Source: Bdellovibrionales bacterium (GTDB taxonomy: Bacteria > Bdellovibrionota > Bdellovibrionia > Bdellovibrionales > JAUICD01). From it: a DNA stretch of 64,000 nt. Positions 19,420-31,132 of the stretch are shown here, piece after piece (positions within the stretch are counted from its first letter, which is position 1; every line of letters begins with the position of its first letter). The stretch is taken from positions 544,001 through 608,000 of the forward strand of contig OZ253553.1 in assembly GCA_965262715.1 (NCBI GenBank), read 5' to 3'. Both the position numbers and the translations under genes were made by a program. The notes beneath the pieces are model-generated. The model saw only the letters and a program-made list of their open reading frames with translations. It made no database searches and was not told where the DNA came from.

Positions 19420-20547
19420 ATGCAAGAAGATTATTATGATGTTTTAGGTGTTCCTCGTCAGGCTGGGCAGTCGGATATTAAAAAAGCTTACAGGCAGTTA
19501 GCATTAAAGTATCATCCTGATAGAAACCCTAATGACAAGAATGCTGAAGAAAAATTCAAAAAAGCTGCAGAGGCTTATGACGTGCTTGGTAATCCTGAAA
19601 AGCGCAGTCGGTATGATCAATTTGGACATGCTGCATTTCAGCAGACTGGTGGTCAGTATTCTGGATCTATGAATTTAAACGATATATTTTCAAATTTTGG
19701 CGATGTTTTCGAAGACTTTTTCAGCGGAGGTATGGGAGGTGGAAGTTCAAGACAAAGATCAAGATCACACCAAGGGGCAGACCTTCGTTATACATTAGAA
19801 ATTACAATAGAAGATGTCATCAATGGTTTTGAAGAGAGTATCGAGTTTGATTGTGAAGAAAACTGTTTGACATGTGAAGGTAGTGGAGCAGATCCAAAGC
19901 ATGGCTTAGAGATATGTCAAAAGTGTAACGGAACGGGACAAGTTGTTCGTTCTCAAGGTTTTTTTTCTATGGCCTCTACTTGCGCACATTGCAGAGGTCA
20001 AGGCCAGAGAGTTAAATACCCTTGTCATTCTTGTGGAGGGCAGGGCCGATCTGTAAAGCCTAAAAAGGTTGAGGTGAAGGTACCAAAAGGGGTGGATTCA
20101 GGGCTAAAATTAAGATATGAAGGTGAAGGGGAAGGTGGATATAATAAGGGTACTCATGGAGATCTTTATGTGGAAATCCATGTTCTAGACCATAAAGAGT
20201 TTGAAAGAAAAGATGATGATCTCTATGGAGAGGTTCATATCTCATATCTTCAGGCTATTTTAGGGACTCATATTCAGGTCAATACACTTGATGGCAAAAA
20301 GAAGCTTAAAATTCCTTTAGGTACACAACCAAATCAACTGCTCCGGCTCTCTGGCTTAGGCATCCCTCACCTAGACTTAAAAAGCAGGTCTTTTATTAAA
20401 ACCAAAGGACGTGGAGATTTACTTTTTACTGTTTTTGTAGATTTGCCTAAAAAGCCTAAAAAGCAGGAAGAAAAACTTTTAAGACAAATTGCAGAAATGA
20501 AAAAGGAAGATATCAGTGAGTCTCTAGGTTTTCTTGGAAAAAGATAA
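19420..20547 (+). CDS. dnaJ: Chaperone DnaJ
   Basis: J domain with HPD, G/F region and four CxxCxGxG repeats. Confidence 0.97.
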   Translation: MQEDYYDVLGVPRQAGQSDIKKAYRQLALKYHPDRNPNDKNAEEKFKKAAEAYDVLGNPEKRSRYDQFGHAAFQQTGGQYSGSMNLNDIFSNFGDVFEDFFSGGMGGGSSRQRSRSHQGADLRYTLEITIEDVINGFEESIEFDCEENCLTCEGSGADPKHGLEICQKCNGTGQVVRSQGFFSMASTCAHCRGQGQRVKYPCHSCGGQGRSVKPKKVEVKVPKGVDSGLKLRYEGEGEGGYNKGTHGDLYVEIHVLDHKEFERKDDDLYGEVHISYLQAILGTHIQVNTLDGKKKLKIPLGTQPNQLLRLSGLGIPHLDLKSRSFIKTKGRGDLLFTVFVDLPKKPKKQEEKLLRQIAEMKKEDISESLGFLGKR

Positions 20548-20553
20548 GTTATA

Positions 20554-20583
20554 CCTTGACTGATTGAAATTCATAACCACATT
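20554..20583 (+). promoter_or_regulatory. Putative heat-shock (RpoH-like) promoter of dnaK
   Basis: ccttgactgattgaaattcataaccacatt; parallels the dnaJ motif. Confidence 0.45.
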
Positions 20584-20622
20584 ATTTGAGTGACCATAAA
20601 AAACTAAGAAGGAGGATAGAAA

Positions 20623-22569
20623 GTGGGAAGGGTTATCGGAATTGACTTAGGAACAACAAATTCTTGTGTAGCTATTGTTGAAGATGGACAACCTGAGGTA
20701 CTCACAAATCAAGAGGGAGCTCGAACAACACCGTCTGTTGTTGCTTTTACAAAAGAAAATACAAGTTTAGTAGGTCAAATTGCTAAGAGACAATCGGTAA
20801 CAAATCCTGAAAACACTATTTATTCTGCAAAACGATTTATAGGTAAAAACTTTAATGAAGTTAAAAATGAAAAACACAGAATGCCTTATAAGATCATTCA
20901 AAAAGGTGATGGTTGTGCATTTGATATCAAAGGTGAAACCTATACTCCTGAACAAATTTCTTCAATTATTTTACAAAAATTAAAAGCTGCAGCAGAAGAT
21001 TACTTACATGATAAGGTGACAGAAGCGGTGATCACTGTTCCAGCTTATTTTAATGATTCTCAAAGACAGGCTACAAAAGACGCAGGTAAAATTGCAGGCC
21101 TTGAGGTCAAGCGCATTATCAATGAGCCAACGGCTGCTGCTCTTGCTTACGGGTATGGTATTGATAAGAAGAATAATGGCAAGGAGATTAAGAAAGTTAT
21201 TGTATTTGATTTTGGTGGAGGTACTTTTGATATTTCTATTATAGAAATTGATAGTAGCCTTGTAGAAGTTAAGGCTACAAATGGAGATACTCGTTTAGGA
21301 GGAGATGATTTTGATAAAGTTATTTTAGAATGGTTATTTGTCGAGTTTAAAAAAACCAATGGTATTGATCTTTCGACAGATAAAATGGCACTGCAAAGAC
21401 TTAAAGAGGCTACAGAGAAAGCAAAGATTGAATTAAGTGCTGTTATGGAGACAGAGATCAACCTGCCATTTATCACTGCCGATGCTTCAGGTCCAAAGCA
21501 TTTAAATATGAAATTGACTCGATCTAAATTTGAAAGTCTTTCAGAAGATCTTATTCAAAGATCTATTAATTGTTGCAAAATGGCTTTGGAAGATTCTGGG
21601 TTTAAAGTTTCTGAAATTGATGAGGTTTTATTAGTGGGAGGGTCTACTCGTATACCTGCTATTCAAGAAGCCATTAAAGATTTTTTCAAAAAAGAACCTA
21701 ACAAATCAATCAATCCTGATGAAGTTGTTGCATTGGGTGCAGCATTGCAAGGTGGTATCTTATCAAGTGATGTTAAAAATATTTTGTTATTAGATGTCAC
21801 ACCTCTATCTTTAGGTATAGAAACATTAGGAGGTGTTTGTACAAGATTGATTGATAGAAATACAACAATTCCGACTAAAAAATCTCAGGTGTTTTCTACA
21901 TCAACGGACAATCAACCTAGTGTCATTGTTCACATTTTGCAGGGTGAACGTAATATGGCCACAGATAATAAGTCATTAGGGCAATTTGAGCTTTCTGGTA
22001 TTGCTTCTGCGCCTAGAGGTGTACCTCAGATTGAAGTCAATTTTGATATTGATGCTAATGGTATTCTTAATGTGAGCGCAAAAGACCTGCAATCGGGTAA
22101 GGAGCAATCTATACGTATTACATCTCGTTCAAATTTATCACAGGAAGATATTAAAAAGATGATTGATGATGCAGAAGCTTATGCAGAGGCAGATAAAAAT
22201 CATAAAGAAATGGTGGAGTTAAGAAATAATTTAGACCATACTATTTATCAGACAGAAAAACTTGTAAGTAAAAACCCAGATAAAATTTCAAAAGATATTC
22301 AGTCTCAAGTAGAGGAGGAAATAAAACTTGCGAAGGATCTGATATCATCTTCATCTAATGATAAGAAAAAGCTCTCTTCTGTTTCTGATAGTCTTACAAA
22401 ACTTTCTCAAAAAGTAACAGAGGAAATTTATAAAAACACTTCAAAAGAAGATACTCAAAAACAAAAGGCATCTTCATCTGAAGAGAAAAAAGATGCTAAA
22501 AAGGGTAAAGAGGATGTAATTGATGCAGATTTTAAAGATGTCGAAATAGATGCTAAGGATGTCAATTAA
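20623..22569 (+). CDS. dnaK: Chaperone DnaK
   Basis: [25 protein letters not shown] and [11 protein letters not shown]. Confidence 0.99.
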   Translation: MGRVIGIDLGTTNSCVAIVEDGQPEVLTNQEGARTTPSVVAFTKENTSLVGQIAKRQSVTNPENTIYSAKRFIGKNFNEVKNEKHRMPYKIIQKGDGCAFDIKGETYTPEQISSIILQKLKAAAEDYLHDKVTEAVITVPAYFNDSQRQATKDAGKIAGLEVKRIINEPTAAALAYGYGIDKKNNGKEIKKVIVFDFGGGTFDISIIEIDSSLVEVKATNGDTRLGGDDFDKVILEWLFVEFKKTNGIDLSTDKMALQRLKEATEKAKIELSAVMETEINLPFITADASGPKHLNMKLTRSKFESLSEDLIQRSINCCKMALEDSGFKVSEIDEVLLVGGSTRIPAIQEAIKDFFKKEPNKSINPDEVVALGAALQGGILSSDVKNILLLDVTPLSLGIETLGGVCTRLIDRNTTIPTKKSQVFSTSTDNQPSVIVHILQGERNMATDNKSLGQFELSGIASAPRGVPQIEVNFDIDANGILNVSAKDLQSGKEQSIRITSRSNLSQEDIKKMIDDAEAYAEADKNHKEMVELRNNLDHTIYQTEKLVSKNPDKISKDIQSQVEEEIKLAKDLISSSSNDKKKLSSVSDSLTKLSQKVTEEIYKNTSKEDTQKQKASSSEEKKDAKKGKEDVIDADFKDVEIDAKDVN

Positions 22570-22749
22570 AATCCTAATTATTAGTTTTTGTTTGTATGAT
22601 AGAATAAAATTTCTTTAAAATTTTATTCACATCTCAGTTAGTTCATAAAAGAAACCGTAGATTCCTAAATAATATTTGCGCAATAAAACCTATAATTTTC
22701 TGGAGCCTTGTTGCAGAAAGGTTTAAAGAATATGTATATAAAAGTTAGA

Positions 22750-22903
22750 AGAATTATAGCAGGCTTCTTCCATAGGCTCTAGGCAACCCCCGTGCCTTGT
22801 ATTGCTATTATTTTAAGATTTTATTATAGAATAAAATACTTTAAGAGATATTTATTCCCTAAGGCACTGGCCTAATCCTATTCCAGAAGCCTGCCATAAT
22901 TCT
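22750..22903. repeat. ~150-bp long-hairpin element (family H), copy 2
   Basis: agaattatagcaggcttct...agaagcctgccataattct; inner atagg/cctat, taggc/gccta and gtgcctt/aaggcac. Confidence 0.65.
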
Positions 22904-23236
22904 CTTACATGTTTTGTAATAAAGCCATTTTCTGGCTTAAGCCTTTTTACATTCTCAAACTTATCTTTTATACAATAAACCAAAGAATATTGTAAATTCA
23001 GACATTTTTACAAAATACTCAGACAAGCAAATTGTCTGTAATAGATGAAGGTGATTTTTAAGAAACTCATCTTTTCCTGACAAAAAAGGACAACAATAAT
23101 GCCTTTTTTTGGCATTTTTATCATCTTTTTTACCTATTATAAGCATAATAGGAGCTTTTACGTCATTATCATCTGATATCCGCATGGCATTATTTTTGAA
23201 GATATTATTGTAGATCAGAAAATAAAGGAAATCTAA

Positions 23237-25033
23237 GTGATGAAATGCTTAAATGTAACATCTTTAATTTTAACAGTCATGTTGATAAATTCTGCATGTA
23301 GTAATACAGGAATGAATGGTGACATTAAAGGTCCTCGAAGCATAGAAGAGCAGGAAGGTCGAGGAGAGTTTGGGACGTTTTCAGTAGAAGATCGAGAAGC
23401 TTTAACAACAGCTCGTGATGAAATGATAAAAATACATGGGGATAACTTAAAAATAGAGAAAGATCGTCAGGAAGGTATTAGAAGAGAGATTGAAGAGATT
23501 GACAAACTTCTTGGAAGAGATCCTGAGGCTCAAACAGGGTCGGAAGAGCCTAAGTCACCTACTGAATCTGAAGTAGATCAGGATGAAATAAATAAAAGAA
23601 GAGAGTTAGAGGCTTTAGATGAGCAAGCTTTAGAAGAGAGATTACAAGTTCTAACCAGTGAATTTAATGAAGTTTCTCAAGAAGATATTCAGGATTGTCA
23701 AGAAATTGTGATTTGTCAGGCGCTTCTGCAAGAAATAAGACTTGTCAATGATGTTTTGGGAGAAAAAAGAAATAAAGATTTTTCTGAAGATGTAGAGCAT
23801 CTTTCAGAGGAAGAACTTTTACACGTAAGAGGAACTCTTGAAGATGAGCTTGAGGCGATTGAGTTAGAAAAAAGTCGCGCAAAAAATGCTATTGCAACAC
23901 TTGAACAGATACGTCCCAATGATTATCATTTTATTCGTGTTAAGCTATTTCCTAATCGGAGAGGTTATGGAAAGTTTCCGAATGTAGAAGGAGAAGATAG
24001 TAAATATGCCAAACTTCATAATAAAGGTGGATTTAAGGTTGAAGAAGTGGATATATCATCAAATCAAGTATTAAGACAGTTAGGTCAAGGCCATATAGTA
24101 GAGATGTTTTTCAATTGTCCTGAAAGACCTAGATGTTCAGACAATAAAGTTACTTTAGACGGCAATGAAGTTGTTGCACTATCATCATCTAGTAGTGCCA
24201 TATCTGTGACTCCTTTAAATTCAATTTCATCTGAAGGTAATAGTTATTTTGATTTAGGATTTACAAAAATAGAATACAGAGGTGTAAAACAAGGTCAAAA
24301 TGTATCTCATACTGGATTTTTTAGAGGAGGATTCCGTATTCAGTTTGCAAGACAAGGTAAAAATTCTGTAGCAAGTCATTGGTCAGTTATCAATGTTGTA
24401 AGTCTTGACGAATATTTATTATCGGTTACTCCTGCCGAGTTAAACACAAATAAGATTGAAGCTAGAAAAGCGCAAATTATTATTGCTAGAACATATGCCT
24501 TAAGTATGGCTCTTGCGGCTAGAACAAGTATTAAAAAACCTCGTTTGTGGGATGTGCTTCCAACGATTCTCAGCCAACTTTATCTGGGAGCAGAAAAAGA
24601 AAGAGCTGATTATTATCAAACTATTGTGGATACCAGGGGTCAAATCCTGATCAGTGGAGATGAACCTGCTTTAGCAGAGTTTTTCTCTTGTGCTGATCCA
24701 AGAACAATCAGTGAAGCTAGTGTTGCTGAACAAAGATCTAGAAGTGTTCCTTCTGATTCTTGTAAAAAGGTACGGCGCTTATTAAAACCACTTCGAAAAG
24801 ACAAGAGTATTTCTGCTTTTGGGCATGGACGTGGCTTTTGTCAACTTTGTGGTGAAAGGCTAGCTGAGTATGGATGGTCTCTAACTGATCCTAGACAACC
24901 AACTCAAGGAGCGGCTGTTCCTTCCGATCCGTCTAGGCCATGGACAGCTGAAGAGATAGCTCATTACTTTTATGAAGGCACTAAAGTTGGCGATATGTCA
25001 GAACTCTCTAAGTTGTCAGAGGTTTCCATTTAA
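23237..25033 (+). CDS. SpoIID/LytB-domain lipoprotein with N-terminal acidic coiled coil
   Basis: Lipobox NSAC; INVVSLDEYLLSVTPAEL, EARKAQIIIARTYA and GHGRGFCQ. Confidence 0.8.
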   Translation: MMKCLNVTSLILTVMLINSACSNTGMNGDIKGPRSIEEQEGRGEFGTFSVEDREALTTARDEMIKIHGDNLKIEKDRQEGIRREIEEIDKLLGRDPEAQTGSEEPKSPTESEVDQDEINKRRELEALDEQALEERLQVLTSEFNEVSQEDIQDCQEIVICQALLQEIRLVNDVLGEKRNKDFSEDVEHLSEEELLHVRGTLEDELEAIELEKSRAKNAIATLEQIRPNDYHFIRVKLFPNRRGYGKFPNVEGEDSKYAKLHNKGGFKVEEVDISSNQVLRQLGQGHIVEMFFNCPERPRCSDNKVTLDGNEVVALSSSSSAISVTPLNSISSEGNSYFDLGFTKIEYRGVKQGQNVSHTGFFRGGFRIQFARQGKNSVASHWSVINVVSLDEYLLSVTPAELNTNKIEARKAQIIIARTYALSMALAARTSIKKPRLWDVLPTILSQLYLGAEKERADYYQTIVDTRGQILISGDEPALAEFFSCADPRTISEASVAEQRSRSVPSDSCKKVRRLLKPLRKDKSISAFGHGRGFCQLCGERLAEYGWSLTDPRQPTQGAAVPSDPSRPWTAEEIAHYFYEGTKVGDMSELSKLSEVSI

Positions 25034-25266
25034 TAGTTTTATTGAACATTGTTGTATAAATATTAGATATAATGATTCAAAATGAGAGCTTACCGAAGTC
25101 CCTTGTAGTACAATCCATGAATAAAGAAAACTTGCTATTTTAATTTTAACTCAAATTGTAAAAGATAAAGCTTTATTTTTGATGTAGCTTCTATTATTGT
25201 AAATCATATTCCTATGTTAAAATAAATTAAGGTTACTTTCTAACTATCCATAAAAGGGTTTTAATT

Positions 25267-25644
25267 ATGTCTAAAAAATATTTAAATGTACCTTCACCTT
25301 TAGGTCCTTATAGTTCTTTTAGAGAAGTAAATGGGTTTGTATTTTGTTCTGGACAAATTGCTGTCAATCCTCAAACAAATCAAATTGTTTCAGAAGATAT
25401 TAAAGAGCAAACAAAGCAGGTGATGGAAAATATAAAAGCTGTTTTGGCATCTACTGATCTGAGCTTAAAACATATTGTTAAGACAACTATTTTTTTAACT
25501 TCTATAAAAGATGTACCTGAAGTCAATGAAACTTATGCTTCTTACTTTTCAGATACTGCTTTGCCAGCTAGATCATGTGTAGAAGTTTCTAACTTACCTA
25601 AAGATGTTAAAATAGAAATCGAAGTTTTAGCATCTCGATGCTAA
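25267..25644 (+). CDS. RidA/YjgF family reactive-intermediate deaminase
   Basis: GPYS, SGQIA and PARSCVEVSNLPKDVKIEIE. Confidence 0.92.
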   Translation: MSKKYLNVPSPLGPYSSFREVNGFVFCSGQIAVNPQTNQIVSEDIKEQTKQVMENIKAVLASTDLSLKHIVKTTIFLTSIKDVPEVNETYASYFSDTALPARSCVEVSNLPKDVKIEIEVLASRC

Positions 25645-25723
25645 ACCTCTGGAGGCTAGCATCCAGATGTTATAAGGTACATTGCTTATTAAAAAACAGA
25701 TGAGGCTAATGTATTTAGAGAGG

Positions 25724-26389
25724 TCAGGTACACCGCCATTGTCCTCGTCTTTCAACATACCAATTTCTAAATAAGGCTCTGTACATAGCATTTGTATGAC
25801 TTCCTTCTGTGGATATAAAAGATTTGGCACTATTTAAGACTTCTATAGCACTAGAGATATCTGAAGAAGCGATTTGATTTACTGTTAACATCCTAATAGT
25901 CTGTCTTATAAAACTGTGTGTTGGGCTTAACAATAAAGCTTCTTGTAATTTTTCTGCAAGCTCAATCTCGCTATTGTTTGATCTAGTTGTATCTTGCCTA
26001 ATTGTATTTTGCCTAATGTATCGTTCTAAAGATATTATAGACAGTCTGAAGTGCCCCCAGTCTTCACTATTGAGTGAGCGATGTATATCTCTAATGGTGC
26101 GCTCATTTGCTCCCCACCTTTCATATATCCTGCTTTGTACAATTTCTGGCAGGGAAGATGGGCGTGGATTATTATTTGCTCTATTTGAAGAATCTAAAGG
26201 TTGTCTTGTGCCTGGTCGTATTGGTTCTGCTGCTCCCTCTGTTGATCTTGGATCTATTGTTCTGCTTCTTACTTCCGTTCGTGATATTCCTCTGCCTCTT
26301 TTGGCTTGTGATGTTTCAGAAATAAAAATAGCACAAGCAATCATTATGGCGGTCAAGTACTTATATTTAATCATAATATATATCCTCAT
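25724..26389 (-). CDS. Hypothetical secreted protein
   Basis: Signal-peptide-like N-terminus ending SQA; SD GAGGA before the second Met; own promoter-like upstream region. Confidence 0.55.
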   Translation of the reverse strand: MRIYIMIKYKYLTAIMIACAIFISETSQAKRGRGISRTEVRSRTIDPRSTEGAAEPIRPGTRQPLDSSNRANNNPRPSSLPEIVQSRIYERWGANERTIRDIHRSLNSEDWGHFRLSIISLERYIRQNTIRQDTTRSNNSEIELAEKLQEALLLSPTHSFIRQTIRMLTVNQIASSDISSAIEVLNSAKSFISTEGSHTNAMYRALFRNWYVERRGQWRCT

Positions 26390-26546
26390 ATAATATGTAT
26401 TTTTTAAGGATACTAAGATAAAAAGATATTTTTGTCAAGTAAAGCTTAAAAAATCTTAAATAATAAAATGAATACATTAAAGGTATGTAAATATTTCATG
26501 ATTCATTGAAAATTTTATATATTTTAACAGTTACTAATTAATATCG

Positions 26547-29500
26547 TTAAGTGGAAGATAAAACATTTATTTGTTTGTCTTTTTCACTTGAATGTAAAAT
26601 AGATTGTCTTATATTCTCTAAGATAATATTCACAACTTCTAATAGGGCCACACTGTTTTGATCATTTGGTAGTTGTTGTTGAATATAGTTATATGTAGAT
26701 CTCATAGCTTGTACAAGTGTGGCTTCATGTATCATAGGAACTTGTTGTGGGGCATTAGATGTTATTGCGAGTATCTCACCCATAGAAGACCCAAGGCTCT
26801 GTTCTAATTGATCAGCGCATGTGCTATCTGTTATTATTTGTTCAAACTTATGACCTGGATATTCGCTTAATAGTCTAATACAATCTGTATAAGAGTAAAG
26901 GTTATCTAAAAAAGGAGGTTGTTTTGGCAGTAAGGTCATAAGTAGGTTTAGATAATAATCTGTAATATCTCTTTCAAATTGATAGATCCCTAAGGCATAA
27001 CGTCTCATGTCTTCTATATCTCCAAAGTAATACTCGAAAAAAAGCTCATTATCATATACTTCGTTCCTGTAACTGTAATCATTATTATTGTAAGCACCTA
27101 AAAGCTCTTCTCTAAGGACAGTTGTTTGTCTTTCCATATATTCAGATAAAACAGGCACTATTCCTGGTGTAACTTGCTTTTCCCAGAATTCTTCAAAACC
27201 TTCAAGTGTTATTTGGTCACCTACATTTTTAGATACATAATCAAGTAAATTGTAATAATAAACGTCTTGGTTGTTTTCCTGAACTAAAAAAGCATGATGT
27301 ACAGTTTCTATTTGATCACAGAGTGTTGGTCTATCTTTCCATATTCTAGGGGCATTAAACTCTAAACTTCCTAAACCAAATCCACTTCTTTGGATTAAAT
27401 CGATTTCTTCGACAGAGTCCCCACAAACCATACTGATTAATAACTTTTCTAAAGTAGAGTAATAGATGATTCCATAATGTCTTAAGCCTTCGTTGTTGCT
27501 TGAGGGATTAAAGTATTCTGCTCCACTTTGCACAATAGATGTGGGCATATTTGTATTTTGAGTTAAAACGTTTGATGGTTCTTTTTTGATAATCGAAAAC
27601 GCATTAGCAATAGAATCTCTGTCTTCTTCTGGTTGTGATTCTAAAAACTCAACTGCTTGTTGGATGTTTTGTATGCTGGTTGTTTTTAAGAATTCTTGAT
27701 CTAACTTTAAATTAAGAGCTATTTTGAGTACATCAAGATTGTCTGATGTGAGAGCGCGCAGCCGACTCCAATCCCATCCATGATTAGCAAAATGAATATA
27801 ATAATCTCTCATACCTTCTGGTTGATTTTTCACAAATCTTGTAAACTCATAGATTTCTTGTGTATTTTTTAACTTCAAAATATCTGGATTTAATCCTAAG
27901 TCAGTAGCTTCTGTGAGTACTGTCATATCATTATCAGTTAATTGAAGAAGCTGATTCCAACTCCATCCATCATTAGCAAAACGAATATAATAGTATCTCA
28001 GGCTTATTGGTTGATCTTTTAAAAAATTCATAAAATCATAAATTTCTTGTGTGCTTTTTGTATATAGAATGTTTGGGCTTATTGGAGTTGACTTGAAGTC
28101 ATCATTTTCAAAAAACTCAATACGTACTTGAAAGTCAAAATCTTCAAAATTATACATTTGAGAAATATCAAACCCTTTATTTAATAAAGACACTAAATAT
28201 CCGTGATTTTCCGTAGGATTTCCAAAAAAGCTATGTTCACTTGAAAGACGTTGATATAAACGCTGAAGATCAGAGTTAGATAGTTGATGAACTATATGAG
28301 GTTCAACTCCAAGCCTTAAGACATTGGATTCATCGAGCAATCTGTTGGTAAACATACCGTTAGAACTATCTAATGACCTGGAAGCAAAGTAAAGAGCATC
28401 TAGCATTCCTCTGCTTTTATTATTTTGATTAGAAAATAAACTTGTATTGTGGTGATGTCGAGCTCTTGGATTAGTATTTGACTGAGGAGATAAACGCACT
28501 TGAGCTGGAAGTTTAGGTTCTGTTTCAAAGTTAATTTGTTTTTGTGTTCTAATGATGTGTTCATAAAAATTGCGTGTTGTATATTGCCATGAAATTGCAG
28601 GTTTAAAAAACTCTGCCCATCGGTATTGTGTATCATAGAACTCTTTTAACAGAGTTTCTCTATAATGTTGGATATGGAGATTCAATTGAAAAATGCTTTC
28701 TAGAAGAACATCACCTCTAGCCTTTGTGATTTCTCCAGAAGGAAGGTTGGTTTCTATTTGATCTGTTAAATTAGGAATATCTAGTAAGATTTCTGGAAAG
28801 TGTTGATTATTTTTGTCAGAATATTGTAATGGGTTTTGGTCTGGAGATGCGTTTAAAAGACCTATTAAGTTTCTTCGAATACTTAAGTTATCTCGAGTAG
28901 CTTCTCTTTGGCTTGGTGATAAAGGATTGTTAGAAAAAATACTTGTAAGGAAGCCAGCTAAGCCAGCGCGATTTATGTTTGTAGTTGGTTGTTGAACTAT
29001 AGGTATAGGTTGTTGATTATATCCAGCTGTTAAATGTTCAAGAATAGATATTTTATCATGATCCATTTCATCAGAATATTTTCTTAAATCCCATGCTCTT
29101 TCTATTGGGGGTCCAAGGATGTCTTCCCAAGTAAAGAAGAGAATCATATGTCCAACTTGAAGCGTAAAACCTACAATAGGATTTGCAAGTGTAAGTGATG
29201 TACCTGCTTTAAACATGAGGTTTAATGTTGGCAGAAAAATACGCCTCCCAATAACTGGATAGATTGCTTTTTTAAAAACCATCATAGGAATAGAAAATAA
29301 AAGCTTTTGAGTTAGAGAAGAAGCAAAGGCTGATAAAAGTAGTGAAGTTATATGAGGAACGTGTTTTGAATCTGTTACAAATGTTTTAAAAGCATCTTGC
29401 CATGCTCGACTTAAACGTTCTTCCTCAATAGATGTTTTTCCACTTTTAAAGAAATGACTGACTATATATCTTATATTTGGATCAACTAAGAACTCATGGG

Positions 29501-30017
29501 ATAGACTTGAGACAAAACTTCCTGCAGCCATACCAAGATAACCAATAAGAGCTCTAGGAATAAGAGATTGTCCTCCTGTATTTAAAAAATGAGAAACAGA
29601 ATGGTTTGTTGTCATAAATAAAAAAAATGAAAAATATGAAATAGGATTTTTAAGTTCTTGACCAAATTCGGAGCAAGCCATTGGATTGTTTTTTACTTCA
29701 ATAGCACAGTTATAAACAGCTATTGCCCCAAGTGCTGTGTAAAAACCTGCAGCTTCCATAGGAAAACGGTGTATTGTATGATTGAATCCATGACTTACAC
29801 TATTAAGAGTCTGTTTAGCAAGATTTCTAAAATTGTTTGGGCTAGCACCTTCAATATCTTCTGGATTTGCTTTTGGTATAATGATTTCTAATGATTCACC
29901 GTTAGGTCCTGCAACATTGATATTCCAATGATTGTCATTAGGTATATTTGCTTGACCATTTGTTATAAGGATAAATGGCGTAAGCAAAAAAATAAATAGG
30001 AAGATATTTTTTTGCAT
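26547..30017 (-). CDS. Large hypothetical secreted/membrane protein with ~63-aa internal repeats
   Basis: 1156-aa ORF with signal peptide and hydrophobic N-terminal third; repeats TQEIYDF...YYIRFANDGWSW / TQEIYEF...YYIHFANHGWDW. Confidence 0.7.
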   Translation of the reverse strand: MQKNIFLFIFLLTPFILITNGQANIPNDNHWNINVAGPNGESLEIIIPKANPEDIEGASPNNFRNLAKQTLNSVSHGFNHTIHRFPMEAAGFYTALGAIAVYNCAIEVKNNPMACSEFGQELKNPISYFSFFLFMTTNHSVSHFLNTGGQSLIPRALIGYLGMAAGSFVSSLSHEFLVDPNIRYIVSHFFKSGKTSIEEERLSRAWQDAFKTFVTDSKHVPHITSLLLSAFASSLTQKLLFSIPMMVFKKAIYPVIGRRIFLPTLNLMFKAGTSLTLANPIVGFTLQVGHMILFFTWEDILGPPIERAWDLRKYSDEMDHDKISILEHLTAGYNQQPIPIVQQPTTNINRAGLAGFLTSIFSNNPLSPSQREATRDNLSIRRNLIGLLNASPDQNPLQYSDKNNQHFPEILLDIPNLTDQIETNLPSGEITKARGDVLLESIFQLNLHIQHYRETLLKEFYDTQYRWAEFFKPAISWQYTTRNFYEHIIRTQKQINFETEPKLPAQVRLSPQSNTNPRARHHHNTSLFSNQNNKSRGMLDALYFASRSLDSSNGMFTNRLLDESNVLRLGVEPHIVHQLSNSDLQRLYQRLSSEHSFFGNPTENHGYLVSLLNKGFDISQMYNFEDFDFQVRIEFFENDDFKSTPISPNILYTKSTQEIYDFMNFLKDQPISLRYYYIRFANDGWSWNQLLQLTDNDMTVLTEATDLGLNPDILKLKNTQEIYEFTRFVKNQPEGMRDYYIHFANHGWDWSRLRALTSDNLDVLKIALNLKLDQEFLKTTSIQNIQQAVEFLESQPEEDRDSIANAFSIIKKEPSNVLTQNTNMPTSIVQSGAEYFNPSSNNEGLRHYGIIYYSTLEKLLISMVCGDSVEEIDLIQRSGFGLGSLEFNAPRIWKDRPTLCDQIETVHHAFLVQENNQDVYYYNLLDYVSKNVGDQITLEGFEEFWEKQVTPGIVPVLSEYMERQTTVLREELLGAYNNNDYSYRNEVYDNELFFEYYFGDIEDMRRYALGIYQFERDITDYYLNLLMTLLPKQPPFLDNLYSYTDCIRLLSEYPGHKFEQIITDSTCADQLEQSLGSSMGEILAITSNAPQQVPMIHEATLVQAMRSTYNYIQQQLPNDQNSVALLEVVNIILENIRQSILHSSEKDKQINVLSST

Positions 30018-30507
30018 TATTTTTTACTCTCTTGTTTTTATAAATAGAATTTTTGAAATCAAATAATTAATATAACCTGAAGGAAAGCATAGGAAGTGAC
30101 ACAAAAGCTGCTTACAATTAAGAAAAAATTAGAGTGCATCGGCTATATTAATGATGAATGTTATATTAAGTGATAAAAGCAGTTTTGTCAATCTGAATAC
30201 AAAAAATACTTAAAATGATCATGTTATATTTAATAATACACTTTAAGTGTGTAAATATTTCATGGTTTGTTGAATATTTTACATGTTGTTTTTAAAATAA
30301 ATCTTATCTAGGGACTGGCAATCTGGCAGACAGTTCATGAAAACTGATTGCCGGTCTAATAGCTTTGCTGGTTTTCTAAAATCCTAAAGAAAAAATAAAT
30401 GTAAATTATATTTATTTAGAGCTTTTCAGCATGAAGAGTATATCAACTTGCAGTTTATAGAATAGAGATTTTTTCATTTAAAAAAAAAGGGGAGGGGGAT
30501 GGAGCTG

Positions 30508-31132
30508 TTATAGTTGCCTATAAGCTCCCTGGATAAAATTATCAATTTCTAATGGATATTGTATTCCTTGGGCATGCTGTGCTTCTGAATGGCCACAAAG
30601 AAGAATTGGCTGCTGATTAAGCAGTCTTAGGTTATTGTTAGCGGCAGCGCAAGGTGATGTATCGACTTGCTCATGAGAATAAGTACCTGGTATATCTAGA
30701 ATGCCCGGATTATAATAGTAATCATCTCCCACTACATTAGTACATCGGGTACCATTTATTAAAGGAGCCTGCTGTTGACAAGGACTTAAAAGATCAGGAG
30801 AGTAGTCTGAATATGCTATTTGTTCACCTCTAATTATTTGGTAAATTAAAAAATTCACCATTTCCAATATTTGCCATTTCTTTTAGAATATCTGTTACAC
30901 CAAGAAGATCTGAATTTGTATTAAGATAAGCTTCATCAGCTTGGTGTGCCCATCCATAATAAGCTGTAGAGAAAAAGATTCTTCCAGGTTTTAGATCTAC
31001 AATCTCTTCTACCTTGTTATAAACATAATCATTAAATGGATACCTATTTTGAAGGTATCTCTCACTAGGAGCCTCTCCTGAAATAAAGTAAATTAGATAA
31101 ATCGCATTATCGTCTTCTTCGTTTGTTTCTAA
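30508..31132 (-). pseudogene. 5'-truncated, frameshifted paralogous copy of the C-terminal ~200 codons of the adjacent lipoprotein
   Basis: Reads ETNEEDDNAIYLIYFISGEAPS...GNGEFFNLPNN*, then in a shifted frame IRGEQIAYSDYSPDLL...; one extra base near 30836 relative to 31107-32606. Confidence 0.8.

Noticed and set aside
19350..20622. CIRCE operator or unusual dnaJ-dnaK order
   Set aside because: No TTAGCACTC-N9-GAGTGCTAA was seen, and gene order variation at this locus is unremarkable.
25974..26393. 139-aa plus-strand ORF and other short antisense or alternative-frame ORFs in the track
   Set aside because: They are shadows of better-supported genes and show no recognisable motifs.
30508..30867. 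Independent 119-aa gene
   Set aside because: It is the post-frameshift part of the duplicated lipoprotein fragment.
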